Assembly (NCBI GenBank): GCA_025558095.1
Contig: JAIVFI010000031.1
Location: 496,001-560,000, forward strand
Length of the DNA: 64,000 bases
Direction of reading: 5' to 3'
From: Hyaloraphidium curvatum SAG 235-1
Taxonomy: Eukaryota; Fungi; Monoblepharomycota
The first letter of the stretch is position 1, and each line of letters opens with the position of its first letter. Positions 22,763-34,229 of the stretch are shown in pieces. The position numbers and the translations under genes were made by a program. The notes beneath the pieces are model-generated. The model did not search any database, was not told where the DNA came from, and was given only the letters and a program-made list of their open reading frames with translations.

Positions 22763-23050
22763 GGCTCATATGCGTGATCGCGATGACGCGGGGGCGCAGA
22801 CAGGGAGAGGGAGGGACAACAATCAAACAACAGCGTTGGCGCTGGTCCATTTTCCGGCCGTCCCAGCCGTTGGAGCGGACCGACGACTTCTCGCGTCTGC
22901 TAGCAGTGTGACAAAAGCCGCCCGGGAACCGTCGGAACCGGCGGCGCGGCCCCGTTCGGGTCGCCTTCCCGCTTTTCCCCTTTCTGCGGGCCTCCCCCTC
23001 GAACCCTCCCAAACCTCCGCCGGAACCTCTCTCCCACCCCTCTTTCCAAA

Positions 23051-26042
23051 ATGGGCCGCTCGAAGAAGCACGCGAAGGGCCGTTTGGACCGGTACTACCA
23101 CCTGGCCAAGGAGTCGGGCTACCGCGCCCGCTCGGCCTTCAAGCTGATCCAGCTCAACAAGAAGTACGGCTTCCTCCAGAATGCCCGCGTGCTCATCGAC
23201 CTCTGTGCCGCGCCGGGCGGGTGGCTGCAGGTGGCGGAGAAGTACATGCCCGCGGCGACGCCCGACGGGCGGGGCGGGAGCGTGATCCTCGGCGTGGACC
23301 TCGAGAAGATCAAGCCCGTGCCGAGGTGCAGGACGGCGGTGGAAGATATCACCAAGGAGAGCTGCAGGAAGTGGATCCGCGGGGAGCTCAAGGACTGGAA
23401 GGCCGACGTGTGGGTTTCTGGTTGGGCGGTCCTCCTTCCCGCGATCTTGCTGACCCGTCCCGGACAGCGTCCTCCACGATGGCGCCCCCAACGTCGGCAC
23501 CTCGTGGACCTCCGACGCCTACCAGCAATCCCTCCTCGTTCTCTCCGCCCTCTCCCTCGCCGTGGCCTTCCTGGCGCCCGGCGGCACCTTCGTCACCAAG
23601 GTCTTCCGCTCGCGCGACTACAATTCCCTCCTCTGGGTCTTCCACCAGCTCTTCGACCGCGTGGACGCCACCAAACCTGCCTCGTCGCGCAACGTCTCGG
23701 CCGAAATCTTCGTCGTCTGCCGCGGGTACAAGGCCCCCTCGCGGGTGGACCCGCGGCTGCTCGACTTCCGCCACGTGTTCAAGGAGCTCGACGACGACGA
23801 GGACGCGACGCAGGAGGCCAAGGACGCCGAGAAGCGCACCATCAACTCGCTCGTCAAGCCCGAGGCCAAGACGCGGCACAGGGACGGGTACGCGACCGGG
23901 GACTACACGCTGCGCAAGGTCGGAACGGTGCGCGAGTTTTTGGCGAGCAAGGACCCCGTGGGGGTGCTGGCGTCGAGCACCGAGCTGGTTTTCGGGGCGG
24001 CGGAGGAGGCGGAGCGGAAAAAGGCCGAGAGCAGGGCGCGGGGCAAGCCCGCCGCCGCGCCCGAGGCGGAGGGGGACGACGAGGACGGGGAAGGCGCGGC
24101 GCCGATCCCCGAGCGCATGGTCGGCAAGCCCGCCGCGATCCCCGACGACGTCGACCTCTCGGAGCACGTGCCCGCCGAGGTCGCCGCGCTGCTCTCGGAC
24201 CTGAGGGTGCTGGGCAAGGCCGAGTTCAGGCAGCTGCTGCGGTGGCGGGAGCAGGTCCGCAAGCGGCTCGGGCTGGAGCCGTCCAAGGCGAAATCTGCCA
24301 AGGCGGAGGACGAGCAGGATGCGGAGGAGGATCCAGAGGACGCGCTGGCGGGGCAGATCGCGGAGCAGCAGCGCCTCGCCAAGCAGGAGCGCAGGCGGAG
24401 GCTTGAGAGGAGGAAGAGGGAGCTGATGCGGTTCAACCTGGGCATGTCGGCGCACGACGACATTGCGCAGGATGCCGAAGAGGGCCTGGGTTTCGACTGG
24501 GGCCGGGATGCAGGGGACGAGGACGGGAAGGAGGGCGGTGACGAGGTGGCCGACGCCGACGGGAAGGACGACGGAGAAGAGGGAGACGAGGAAGTGCTCG
24601 ACGACGAGGAGGAGGAGCAGGCTCGTCTCCGCGAGCTCGAGGAGGAGATGGACACCATGTTGGTCTGCCGGGTATCGGTGCCCGCCGTCTTCTGACTCCG
24701 TTTGTTCCAGGTACGACGTCTATCTCGAGCGGCAGCTCTCCAAGGACGCCAAGGCGCGCGCGCGCAAGCGGCTCGAGGAGGAGAAGAAGGGCCGCGATCC
24801 GGCGGCGGAGCCCTGGTTCGGCGTGGAGGAGGAGCTGCGGCGGATCGAGGAGAAAAAGGCGGAAGAGGGGCTGGGGTCGGATTCGGACTCGGATTCGGAG
24901 TCGGATGAGGACGAGGCCGACGGGGAGGGCGAGGAAGACGGCGAGGAAGGGGAAGGCTCGGGTTCGGAGGCCGGCGAGGACGCGGACGAAGAGGCCGGCC
25001 CCGACTCGCGGCGCGAGGACACCGCCGACGCGCGGCTCTCCCGCCGCGCGCGGCAGTTCTTCGACAACCCGCTGTTCAAGGACGTTCTGGGTGACCTCGA
25101 GGCCTCGCGGGCGGCCGAAGCCACTGCGGCCCCCGCGGGGAAGCGCGCGCGGGAAGCAGAGGCCGAGGCGCCCAAGAAGCGGCGCAAGGGGAAGGACACG
25201 GAGGTGGTCGGCGCCGCGGATCCGGAAGAGGATTCGGACGAGGAGTTCATCCGCGCGGCGAGGAAGAACCGCAAGGAGCTGCGGCGCGCCCGCAAGGCGG
25301 GTGAGGCGACGGAGGAGGGCGACGAGGGCGGCAAGCAGACCTTCGAGACGGTGCCCGCGGAGCCGGATCCGGTGTTTGACGGCGAGAGCGGGGACGAGGA
25401 CGCTCTTGCGACCGCCGAGGGCGTGACGGCCGCGCTGGCGCTGGTCAAGGGGGGCGCCAAGGCGCGGCGGGACCTGGTGGACGGGAGCTTCAACCGGTAC
25501 GCGTTCAACGACCCCAAGGGCTCGCTGCCGAGGTGGTTCGCCGACGATGAGGGCAAGCACAACAAGCCGCAGGCGCCCATCTCCAAGGAGGCGGTGCTTC
25601 TGATCCGCGAACGGGCGCGGCAGCTCGACGCGCGGCCGATCAAGAAGATCGCCGAGGCCAAGGGCCGCAAGAAGATGCGGGCGATGCGCAGGCTGCAGAA
25701 GCTCAACGCCGAGATCGGCAAGATCTGGGACGACGAGGATCCGGGGACGACCGAGATGCAGAAGCTGCGGACGATACAGAAGGTCGCGGCCAAGGCGGCC
25801 AAGGGCAAGGGGGGGCAGAGCAAGAAGGAGAAGCCGAAGCTGGTGGTGGCCAAGGGGACGGCCAAGGGGGTCCAGGGGCGGCCCAAGGGGGTCAAGGGGA
25901 GGTACAAGGTGGGTTGCAGGGTGGCCCGGTGGACTTGATCGGCGCTGATCCTCCCGGGCAGATGGTGGATGCGAGGATGAAGAAGGAGCTGCGCGCGCAG
26001 AAGCGCAAGGCCAAGGCGAGCAAGCCCAAGAGGCGGAAGTAG
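23051..26042 (+). CDS. SPB1: AdoMet-dependent pre-rRNA 2'-O-methyltransferase Spb1/FTSJ3
   Basis: [87 protein letters not shown] and [11 protein letters not shown]|MVDARMKKE. Three introns. Confidence 0.97.
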
Positions 26043-26795
26043 GGGACCCATCTGTTCGCTTGGAAGACAGAGTCGCCCCGGGCCCATCCCACTCGGAATC
26101 CGTCGCATCCCATCGCAATCCGCACGCATCCCGCGCGCAAACGAACGTACTGCATTCCTCGCCCGTCCGACCGGCCACGCTGTCGTATGGAGGCATCCGA
26201 TCCCCGTGGCCACCGCAACGCCACCGCCCGCTAAGGCACCGAACGGAACGGCCGCTTTTCGAGGGCCGAGGAGCCGCCGGCCTTGCTTGTTGCGGCCCGC
26301 GGTCTGGGCGCAAAAGATTCGCTGGAATGAGTCAATGCCGCTCCCGCCCGCCTTGCTATCTGTTTTGGGGTCCGCTTCGGGTCGTGCCGCCGCCGCCGGG
26401 GAGCGCCAAGGCCCGCCTCCGACGCCGCATCCCGGGAAGCCCGGGGGCGGAGAAGCGTCATGCAATTGCCGCGGCGCGGATCCGATGGGTTCAGGGTCCC
26501 GGCGGGCTCGGAGTGACTAACGCTGAAGGGCCCATTCGGTGGGACGAGAGACGCGGGGCTGGACCCAAACGCCCGAAAAAATACCGGCCACCATCCGGTG
26601 CCCTCGCGCAGATCAGGGGCTGCTCGGAAGGAGGCGTGTGGAGAAGCCCGAGGGCGATTTTGGAGACGGGCTTGCGGGATTGATCCGTGCCGATCCGCGT
26701 CTCCATCCCAGCTCGTTTTGGCTTTCGCAGTTGCGGAGTTTTCCAGCCCGGAAGGTCGCGACTGCCCGACCCATCGCAGGAAGGGCACCGGGGCG

Positions 26796-28826
26796 ATGAG
26801 CCGCACGACCGGCGCGCCCGCGGCACCATCGGGCGGGGCGAAATCGCGAACGATGGCGAGCCGCAGCCCCGGACGCCGGCGGTCGGCGGGGGACGCGGCC
26901 GAAGCCCGGGGCGTCCTGCCGGTACGGCCGCTGCGCCATGCGGGGTCGGCAGCCGACGCGCTGCCCGAGGGCCGCCTGGCCGCCGCGCCGCACGGGGCGC
27001 CCGCCGGGGGGCCGCACGGGCCGGGGCCGCCCCCGCTGCGCGTCCCGCCGGGGGCCGCGCCCGGCAGCTCCTCGCCCCCGCTGCCGTCGCCCGCGCCCTC
27101 GCCGGTCTTCGCCTCGCCTCGCGGGCGGCTCGCCCCCTCCGGCCCCCCCGCACCGGGCCCCGCCTCGCCCGTGCCGGTCTTCGTGGTGCGGCTGACGCCC
27201 CACGAGCTGGACCCGCCCGCCCTGGTCGGCCGCTGCCTGGACGCCTTCTGGACCACCGTGCACCCCGCCCTGCCCGCTGTGCACCGCCGCTCGTTCGGCG
27301 ACGCCATGCACGGCGCCGATCACAGGCTGTTCGGCCCGCGGACACCCACCGCGCTCGCGTACGCCATGGCCGCCAACGCCGTGCGCGCCGTGCCCGGCGT
27401 GCCGCCCGAGGACGTATCCCGCATCCAGCGGCACTACCTCGAGGGCGCAAAGGAGCGGCTGCTGGCGCGTTTCTTCCGCGCCCAGCCGCACGCCCGCCAG
27501 ATGACCGACCTCGAGTGCGCAGCCGCCATCCTCTTCATGTACCGCGCCCTGGTCGAAGAAAGCATGGCCGGCGAGGCCCTCGTGCTGTTGCAGCGCGGCG
27601 CCGAGGTGCTCGCCGAGGCGGCCGGTGCCAGCAACCCCGCCTCCCTGCTGTGCCCGCAGCGCGAGCCCGCCTCGGCGGTGCACTGGGTGCGCTCCGAGAT
27701 GTTGCGCCGCCTGTGGATCGCCTACGCCAACCTCGACGCCGAGTGCGCCTACCTCTCGGGCCGCGAACTCCTCCGGGACTGGTTCGACCCCCGCATCGCC
27801 GTGCCCGTGGGCGAGCGCTTCTTCGACGCCGACGGCACTGAGGACGCCTTCCGGGCCGTCTTCCGCCCCCCGGACCGCCCCGAACAGACCGCCCTGGACC
27901 TCTCGGACGTCCCCCTGGAAACCGGCTCCTGCCGCGGCCTGGTCGAGGCCCTCGTCCCGCCGATCTTTTCCGGCCACGCCTCGCTCCTTGCCGCCCTGCA
28001 CCTCCTCACCTTCCTCCGCTCCCTCCGCCTGCGCATGCGCCGCCTGTGCGCCGCACACCCCCTTGACCCCGCCGCACTCGCAGCTCAACCGCCGGAGCTC
28101 GACTCCCGCCCGGAATCGGGGTACCGCCTCCTCTGCACCCTCGTTGACGTCCTCGCCAGCGAGCTCTCCGCGTTGCTCCCCGCCCCCGCCCCGCACGCCC
28201 TCTCATCGGGCGACCTCTCATCCGCCCTGCGCGCGCTGTCGCCGCACCTGGGCAGCGACCGCGCCGCCGTCTTTGCCGCAATGTACCTCCGCGCCCGCGT
28301 GCTCCCGATCGAATCCTGGGCGCCATCCCCAACCTCCCCCGCCGACCCCGGCAGGGACTTCTTCGCCTCGCTCCCCTTCCTCCGCGGCCTCGAAGCCGCC
28401 ATCTGCGCGCGCTCGCTTTTGGGGGCGCAGCTCCCCTGCGCGGACGTTTTCGCGGCCGTCGCGGCGGCGAGGGCGGGGGGGATGCACGCGGCTGTGGCCG
28501 CGAGGTTGGGGCCGCGGGCGGAGGGCGGGGGGGCGGGAGGGGATGCGGAGGGGGTGGCGGGGTGGTTGGAAGCCAAGGCCGAGGGGGCCGGGGCGCTCGG
28601 TGGGTTCCCAGCGTGCGCGATCGCGAGGTGATGGTGCTGATCTGTCCTTCGAGCAGTCAAGGACATCGCGGCGAGGTTCAGGCTGTTGGTCCAGCGCACG
28701 CTCGACGGCGGCGTCGGGGACGCGGAGACACCCGGTACCCTTGCCGACCCGCTGGACGGGGACGCGGGGGGGTTCAGGGGCGCGGTGATGGCGGCCGAGG
28801 GGTGGGCGGGGAGAGCGTTCGAGTGA
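26796..28826 (+). CDS. Fungal transcription-factor middle homology region (Fungal_trans-like) protein with no evident Zn2Cys6 domain
   Basis: CLDAFWTTVHPALPAVHRRSF, LAYAMAANA and SEMLRRLWIAYANLD. A short last exon follows an intron at ~28600-28656. Confidence 0.7.
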
Positions 28827-29114
28827 TATCGTGGCGGGGGAGAGGGGGGTCGTGTCGATGTGCTTGCTTGAGCCATGTGTATGCTTGGTCTGCTCGGATG
28901 ATGATTTGCTGCTTTCCATCGCTGGCGCCGGACACGTTGCGGGAGCAAGCCTGGGCTCGGTGACGCGTTGCCGTTCGAACATCCCCATTTCCCCGTCCAG
29001 CACACTCCTGCCCAACGCAATCGCTTTCCCCGCCCCTCCATCATTGCGTCCCCGGCCAACGGCGCGTCCGAGTCCCCGTCCCGAACCCCCTTCGACGTGT
29101 GCCCCACGCGTCCA

Positions 29115-29483
29115 TCAAGCCCTCCTGAACCCGTCCTCCAGAATGAAGAACTCGGCCCCCAGCGGCTCCAGCGCCTTCCTGACCTTCTCCACCTCCTTCT
29201 CCGGCCCGTGGACCTCCACGCGCGCGATGCTGGCGACCCCCAGCGCCCGCTGAAGGCACGAATCGACGTTGGTCAGGTGGGCGAGCAGCGCCTCGCCGGA
29301 ATCGTAGCCCTCGCGGCAGTAGGCCGTGTTGCCCGAGTAGGAGAAGGCGTAGTGCGAGCAGCCGGGCTCGGTACGCGTGGCCTCGACGAAATCCACCGCG
29401 ATGGCCTTGAAGTCGTCCAGCTTGCCGTCCGGCACGGTGAAGTACGGGTGCAGGGTGATGACGGCGTCCTTCGGCTGCGACAT
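29115..29483 (-). CDS. Small dimeric alpha+beta barrel (ABM/quinol monooxygenase-like) protein, bacterial type
   Basis: 122 aa, intronless: TLHPYFTV, FVEATRTEPGCSHYAFS, CREGYDSGEALLAHL, VEVHGP. Confidence 0.8.
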   Translation of the reverse strand: MSQPKDAVITLHPYFTVPDGKLDDFKAIAVDFVEATRTEPGCSHYAFSYSGNTAYCREGYDSGEALLAHLTNVDSCLQRALGVASIARVEVHGPEKEVEKVRKALEPLGAEFFILEDGFRRA

Positions 29484-30218
29484 GGTGGGATTCGGAGGGT
29501 TTGGAGGCGCGATGGCGGCGCGGAACGCGCGAGACGTGTGGCAGATGGACGGGCGCCGAGCGGCACCACTGATCGGGCACTTCCCAGCCGAAGCTTGGTA
29601 AATGCTCGACAGCGGACTCGTTTTCGGGCGTGGCCTCGGTCGGATGGACGCCTCCGAGCCTCGTCGGCTTGCCCCGAGTGCGCGGCCATCGCCATGGCAC
29701 ATCCTGTTCCTCCAAAGCGATGGGGTGCGTTCGTGGATGTGTTGGCGGATGCTGGATAAAGAATCCGATAAGTCATCTTAGTTTTCGTGTACACTCGTTG
29801 TGAAGGAGGGACACTGGGAAAAAAAAAGGGTGGCCCGGCGAGGATCGGGTTTGGTTGAGCTTTGGGAAAACTCGGATCCCCGCCAGATGAAGTACAGTCG
29901 TTGTTTCGGAGCATGTTGCACCGCTTGTTGAATCCAATGGCAGTCGTGCCCACACCATCTTGCCGGGAGCGCATGTGCCGCTGCGGGCTTCGGTGCGGAC
30001 CCCCACTGTGTGGAGGCGGCAGGTGCAAGGGACGTCAGGGGAGCGAGGAAGAATGGAAGCTGTTGGCGATGCTCGGCTGGTGGATCGCCGTGCCCCCGTG
30101 GAGATGTTTTGGAAGCGTAAGGGAGCAAGAAACGCGTGCGGACCCGGTCAGCCAGCCGGACGGCGATCAGCTGCACCCACGAAGACCACGCCCATTGGGG
30201 CACATCGAAGAACCAACG

Positions 30219-30902
30219 ATGCCCCTCCCCGGCGTGCTGCCCGCGCTCCTCGCCCTCGCCTTTGTGGCACTCGCTGCCGCCGACTCGTCCGTCGCGCCCG
30301 TGCGCGTGGGCGCCGCCGAGCGCATCGTCGACTTTATCGCGCCGGCGCGGGACGGCTACTGCGGCGCCTTCGCGTTCGACGTGCCCGCCGGCGCCGCGCT
30401 GCGCATCCGGCTGAGCTGGACGCCGCCGTTCGCGGGCGCCGTCACGTTCGCCGACGCCGACGCCGTGCCGGTCGGCGCGACCCCGGCGAAAGTGACCTGC
30501 TACGCCCCGCCGTCGGTGCCCCAAGGCGGCGGCATCCAGACGCCCGAGCTCCCCGAAGAGCCCGTGAACGGGAGCAGCACCTCCTCGTTCGACGTCCGCA
30601 TGCTCGTGGCCTGCTACGACCGGCCCGCGACCGTCTTCATTTCGTACGCGACGCGGTGGGCCGGGCCGGACCCCTCCCTGTTCAACGCTACGGAACCGCG
30701 CACGCTGAGCTTCAACCTCACCACGGATGCGCCCAGGGACCCCTGTCTGCCCGTGGTAAACGGCACGGCCTCGACCACCCGAACGGCATCGGCCACGGCG
30801 ACGGCGACCACCCCCAGGCCCGGCGCCGCCGGCGGGCTGCGCCGCTGCGCGTGGACCGTGGGTATCGGCGCCGCCGCCGCCGGCGCCGCATTGGCCTGGT
30901 GA
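30219..30902 (+). CDS. Small secreted, probably GPI-anchored, Cys-containing protein
   Basis: Signal peptide MPLPGVLPALLALAFVALAAA, beta-rich domain with 4 Cys, Thr-rich linker, hydrophobic C-terminus. Confidence 0.7.
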   Translation: MPLPGVLPALLALAFVALAAADSSVAPVRVGAAERIVDFIAPARDGYCGAFAFDVPAGAALRIRLSWTPPFAGAVTFADADAVPVGATPAKVTCYAPPSVPQGGGIQTPELPEEPVNGSSTSSFDVRMLVACYDRPATVFISYATRWAGPDPSLFNATEPRTLSFNLTTDAPRDPCLPVVNGTASTTRTASATATATTPRPGAAGGLRRCAWTVGIGAAAAGAALAW

Positions 30903-31191
30903 TTGGGACGGAGGAGCAGATGCGCTCCGAAAAGGACTGGTTCGAGGCACAACTGGTGTCCGTTTCGCGGTTCGGATTCAGAATTCAGGCAATGTTTGCC
31001 AGGCTCGCTCGTCGATGTATTCGGATCGCATCAGCTCCCTCCTGGAGCAGCCTGGGAATCCGTTACGCCCGACTGCATGGTACGAGCCATCAAGCAGCGT
31101 GCCGTTCTTTGACCGTCCGTTGTCCTCCCTTTGTCCGATGATCCCGAACCTTGCCGTCCTCCGACCAATCACTCACGCATCACCGCGCAAG

Positions 31192-31822
31192 ATGGAACAA
31201 GCCCAGCTCCGCACCGCCCTCCTCCCTTTCCCCGCCGACGGCATCGTCCGCCCTTCCGTCGGCGGCACGCTCTTCGAATCCGCATCGGCCACGCTCCGCG
31301 GCGCAGAGTACTTCGACGCCCTGGCCCGTGGGGGCCACCCGACCTCCTTCCTGCAAGACAGCGGCGCGTTCTTCGTCGATCGCGACCCCGATCTGTTCGC
31401 CAAGGTGCTCTCGTGGCTTCGCACAGGGAGGGTCGGCGACCTGGGCGACGGGGAAAGGAAGAGGCTGCGCGCCGGAGCCGAGTTCTACGGCGTGCCGGAG
31501 CTGGCCGAGCAGCTGCTGCCCAAGGCGCCCGCCGCGGTGCCCGTGCGGCGCCGCGAGGTCGCCGAAGCCGACGTCGAGGAGGATCTGCCGGGGATGCTCG
31601 GGAAACGGCTGGTCGGTCGCGGCGCAGTACAAGAGGAGGGTCGAAAGGTACCGCTGCCCGCGCGGGATCGGCGAGCACTCGTCGCCGGGCCGGTGCGGAC
31701 GGGCGTGCGCGCATGCGGGCGGGGGAACCACGGCGGAGGAGCGCAGGGTGTTCGCGGTCGTCTACAGGGACAGGGAAAAGTCACCCGTCCAAACGTGGCT
31801 TTCGGGCCATCGCTCGGACTGA
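31192..31822 (+). pseudogene. BTB/POZ (KCTD/T1-type) protein with an apparent 1-nt frameshift
   Basis: VGGTLFES, YFDAL, FFVDRDPDLFAKVLSWLRTG, AEFYGV. The protein-like C-terminus (GNGWSVAAQY..YRCPRG..CGRAC) lies in another frame after ~31603. Confidence 0.6.
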
Positions 31823-31909
31823 TGTTCTGACTTCACTTTTTCACACGTCGTTGTACAAAGACGTTTTGGTATCGCATCAAGACCGTGCCGCAGCCGCCTC
31901 GCAGAAGCT

Positions 31910-33112
31910 TCACATCCCCCTCAGCACCGCCTCGAACCTTTCGATCACCTCCCCCACGGTCCACCTCCTCCCCGGGTCCCCCTCCCAGCACCCCGCCACT
32001 GCCTCCCACACCGCCTCGGGCACCCCGTCCGGCCTCGCGGGCCTGGTCCCCTGCGCCACCATCCTCGCGATCGCCCGCACCGAATGTCCTTCGAACGGGT
32101 ACCTGCCCCCCGACAGCGCCTCGTAGCACGCCATCCCCAGCGCGTACACGTCCGACGCCGCGCTGGGCGGGCGCCCGGCGAGCACCTCGGGCGCGACGAA
32201 CCCCGGGGTCCCTCGCGCGGCGGCGGACCGGTCCGCCGCCGCGTCCCGCGCCAGCCCGAGGTCGCCGAGCCGGCCGCGCCCGCGGACGACGAGCACGTTG
32301 GAGAGCTTGACGTCGCCGTGGGCGAGTCCGAGGGCGTGCATGGATGCGAGGCCGCGGGCGGCATCGAGGAGGAGGGAGAGGGCGGGGGGGAGGGGCCAGT
32401 GCAGGGAGGAGAGGTGGTCCCGCAGGTTTCCCCCGTCCGCGAGCTCCGAGACGAGCATCGGGGGGTCGACGCAGACGGCGAGCAGGTCGAGGATGTGCTC
32501 GCTGCCGCGGGCGCGGGACCAGGTGGCCGCCTCGCGGGCCAGGCGGGGGGCGGGGACCAGCTTGGCGGCGGCGGGGCGGCCGCGGAGGGTGCAGGGGTGC
32601 ACCGTGGCCGAGGAGCCGCGGCCGAGGATGCGGGCGGTGTCGACGACGATGTCGCAGGGGGGGACGAGGAGGGAGGGGGGCAGCGGGGGCGTCGAGGGCC
32701 GGGGGATGGCCGCGCGGTGCGGCGGGATGAGGGAGGCGAGGCTGCCTGCGCGCAGCACGGGCGCGAACGACGACGCCGCCGAGACGGACGTCATGCCGCG
32801 CTCGCCGACGGTGCTCTCGCTGCCGCGGTCCCGCTGGCGGTGCAGCACGGCGAATCCGAGCGCGAGGCCCACGACGACCATGCCGCCCAGCACGCCGCCG
32901 ACGATGGCGACCAGCGGCAGCGAGTCCGGCGCCCGCGGGGGCGGCGCGGCGGCGGCGATCGTCGCGGAGGGCGTCGCGGAGGCCGGCGTCGCGACGAGCG
33001 GCACGGCGGCGGAGGGCGTCGGCCCGCCCGGCAGTCCGTCGCCCGCGGCGCCGCTCTCGGCCGCAGACGCCACGGCGACGAGCAGCAGGAGCGCCAGCGC
33101 CGCAAACAGCAT
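31910..33112 (-). CDS. Receptor-like TKL protein kinase (signal peptide, short ectodomain, TM, kinase)
   Basis: MLFAALALLLLVAVASA; TM LVAIVGGVLGGMVVVGLALGFAVL; LGRGSSATV, AAAK, HGDVKLSNVL, DLG, GTPGFVAPE, SDVYALG, CWEGDPGRR. Intronless. Confidence 0.88.
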   Translation of the reverse strand: MLFAALALLLLVAVASAAESGAAGDGLPGGPTPSAAVPLVATPASATPSATIAAAAPPPRAPDSLPLVAIVGGVLGGMVVVGLALGFAVLHRQRDRGSESTVGERGMTSVSAASSFAPVLRAGSLASLIPPHRAAIPRPSTPPLPPSLLVPPCDIVVDTARILGRGSSATVHPCTLRGRPAAAKLVPAPRLAREAATWSRARGSEHILDLLAVCVDPPMLVSELADGGNLRDHLSSLHWPLPPALSLLLDAARGLASMHALGLAHGDVKLSNVLVVRGRGRLGDLGLARDAAADRSAAARGTPGFVAPEVLAGRPPSAASDVYALGMACYEALSGGRYPFEGHSVRAIARMVAQGTRPARPDGVPEAVWEAVAGCWEGDPGRRWTVGEVIERFEAVLRGM

Positions 33113-34229
33113 GGGATTGCCACGGAAGGGGGCGGAAGCGGCTCCGCAGCCCGCCTCCCGCCGGCCCCGCCGGCGGCCCCCCGTGCCGCGCAGAGCGGGT
33201 GCGCGCTCCAGCGGCCTCGCGGCGGCGCTCATGGCGGTGTCCTGGCAGGCCCAACGGCCGCCGAACCGCTGGGAGACGGCGGACAAGCCCGTGCGGAAGT
33301 CGAAGCCCGATTGGTGTTGCGCCGGTCGCACGGGCCGGCGCCGATCCGGCCCCCGCCCGCGGGTCCCCCCGAAAGTTGGCGATCGTCCGAAAGTGGCGGG
33401 AACGGTTGCCAGGAGAATCTGCAAGACCGTCTATCTGCAGTGCCGATCCGTGGGCTGCGGACTTCGCGGACGCCGCCATCAAGCCTGTTCGTTTCCCAGC
33501 TGCCCTCGCACGCTACATCCCGTCTGGGCTCCACATCCAATAAAGTGATGCCAAAGGAAAGTCATCGCGTCGCAGGCCAGCCCGAGCGGAAAAGACGATA
33601 CGAAGCTCACAAGCGCCGATTTCGTGCTCATTCGCCGCGGAAAGCCCATCGACTCAGCGAGCGCTGTGCTCTGTGCGCCATCAACAACAGTGACCGCGCT
33701 CTAACAGACAGGCAGGGCATCTCCGCGTCCGCGGTGGCCCCCTTCGGATTGGGCGACCGCCTCGCGGCCAGGAAACGCCTCGCTCGGTGCTCCGCCCCGC
33801 CCCGGCCCGCCGCGCCCACCTGCACCTGCGGTGCCGGCGCTCCACTACCGCCCCATCGACCTCGGAAGAAGCGATGCCGAGCCGGGCGCGGACGAGGGGA
33901 AGATCGGAACGGACCCGCCGGTGCGTCGTGCGTCGACGTCACCTCTGCGGATCTGGCTGTGCTTACCAACCCAATGGCCCACGGGGCACATTCTCCATTT
34001 CAAACCCGGCGCGTGCGGCTTCGGATGGCCGCAGTCGCCCGACGCAGTTCTCTTCTCGGGGTTGCGGGCTGTCGGGCGCTTTTTGGGAGATCTTGGGTGA
34101 GCACCCGAGTGAGACCCTTGAATTCCAGGATCGACAAGGGACGCTATATGTAGACCAGGGACGCTGGCCCGCACCCCCCAAACTCTTTCCCTGACTAACT
34201 AGCTCTCTCCATACATCTCTCCCGACCCG

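Noticed and set aside
24433-26465. 626-aa and 581-aa minus-strand ORFs
   Set aside because: Antisense to SPB1; the Ser/Leu/Pro runs mirror its Glu/Lys/Asp codons.
32084-34153. 689-aa plus-strand ORF
   Set aside because: Antisense shadow of the very GC-rich kinase gene; low-complexity Arg/Gly/Ala sequence with no motifs.
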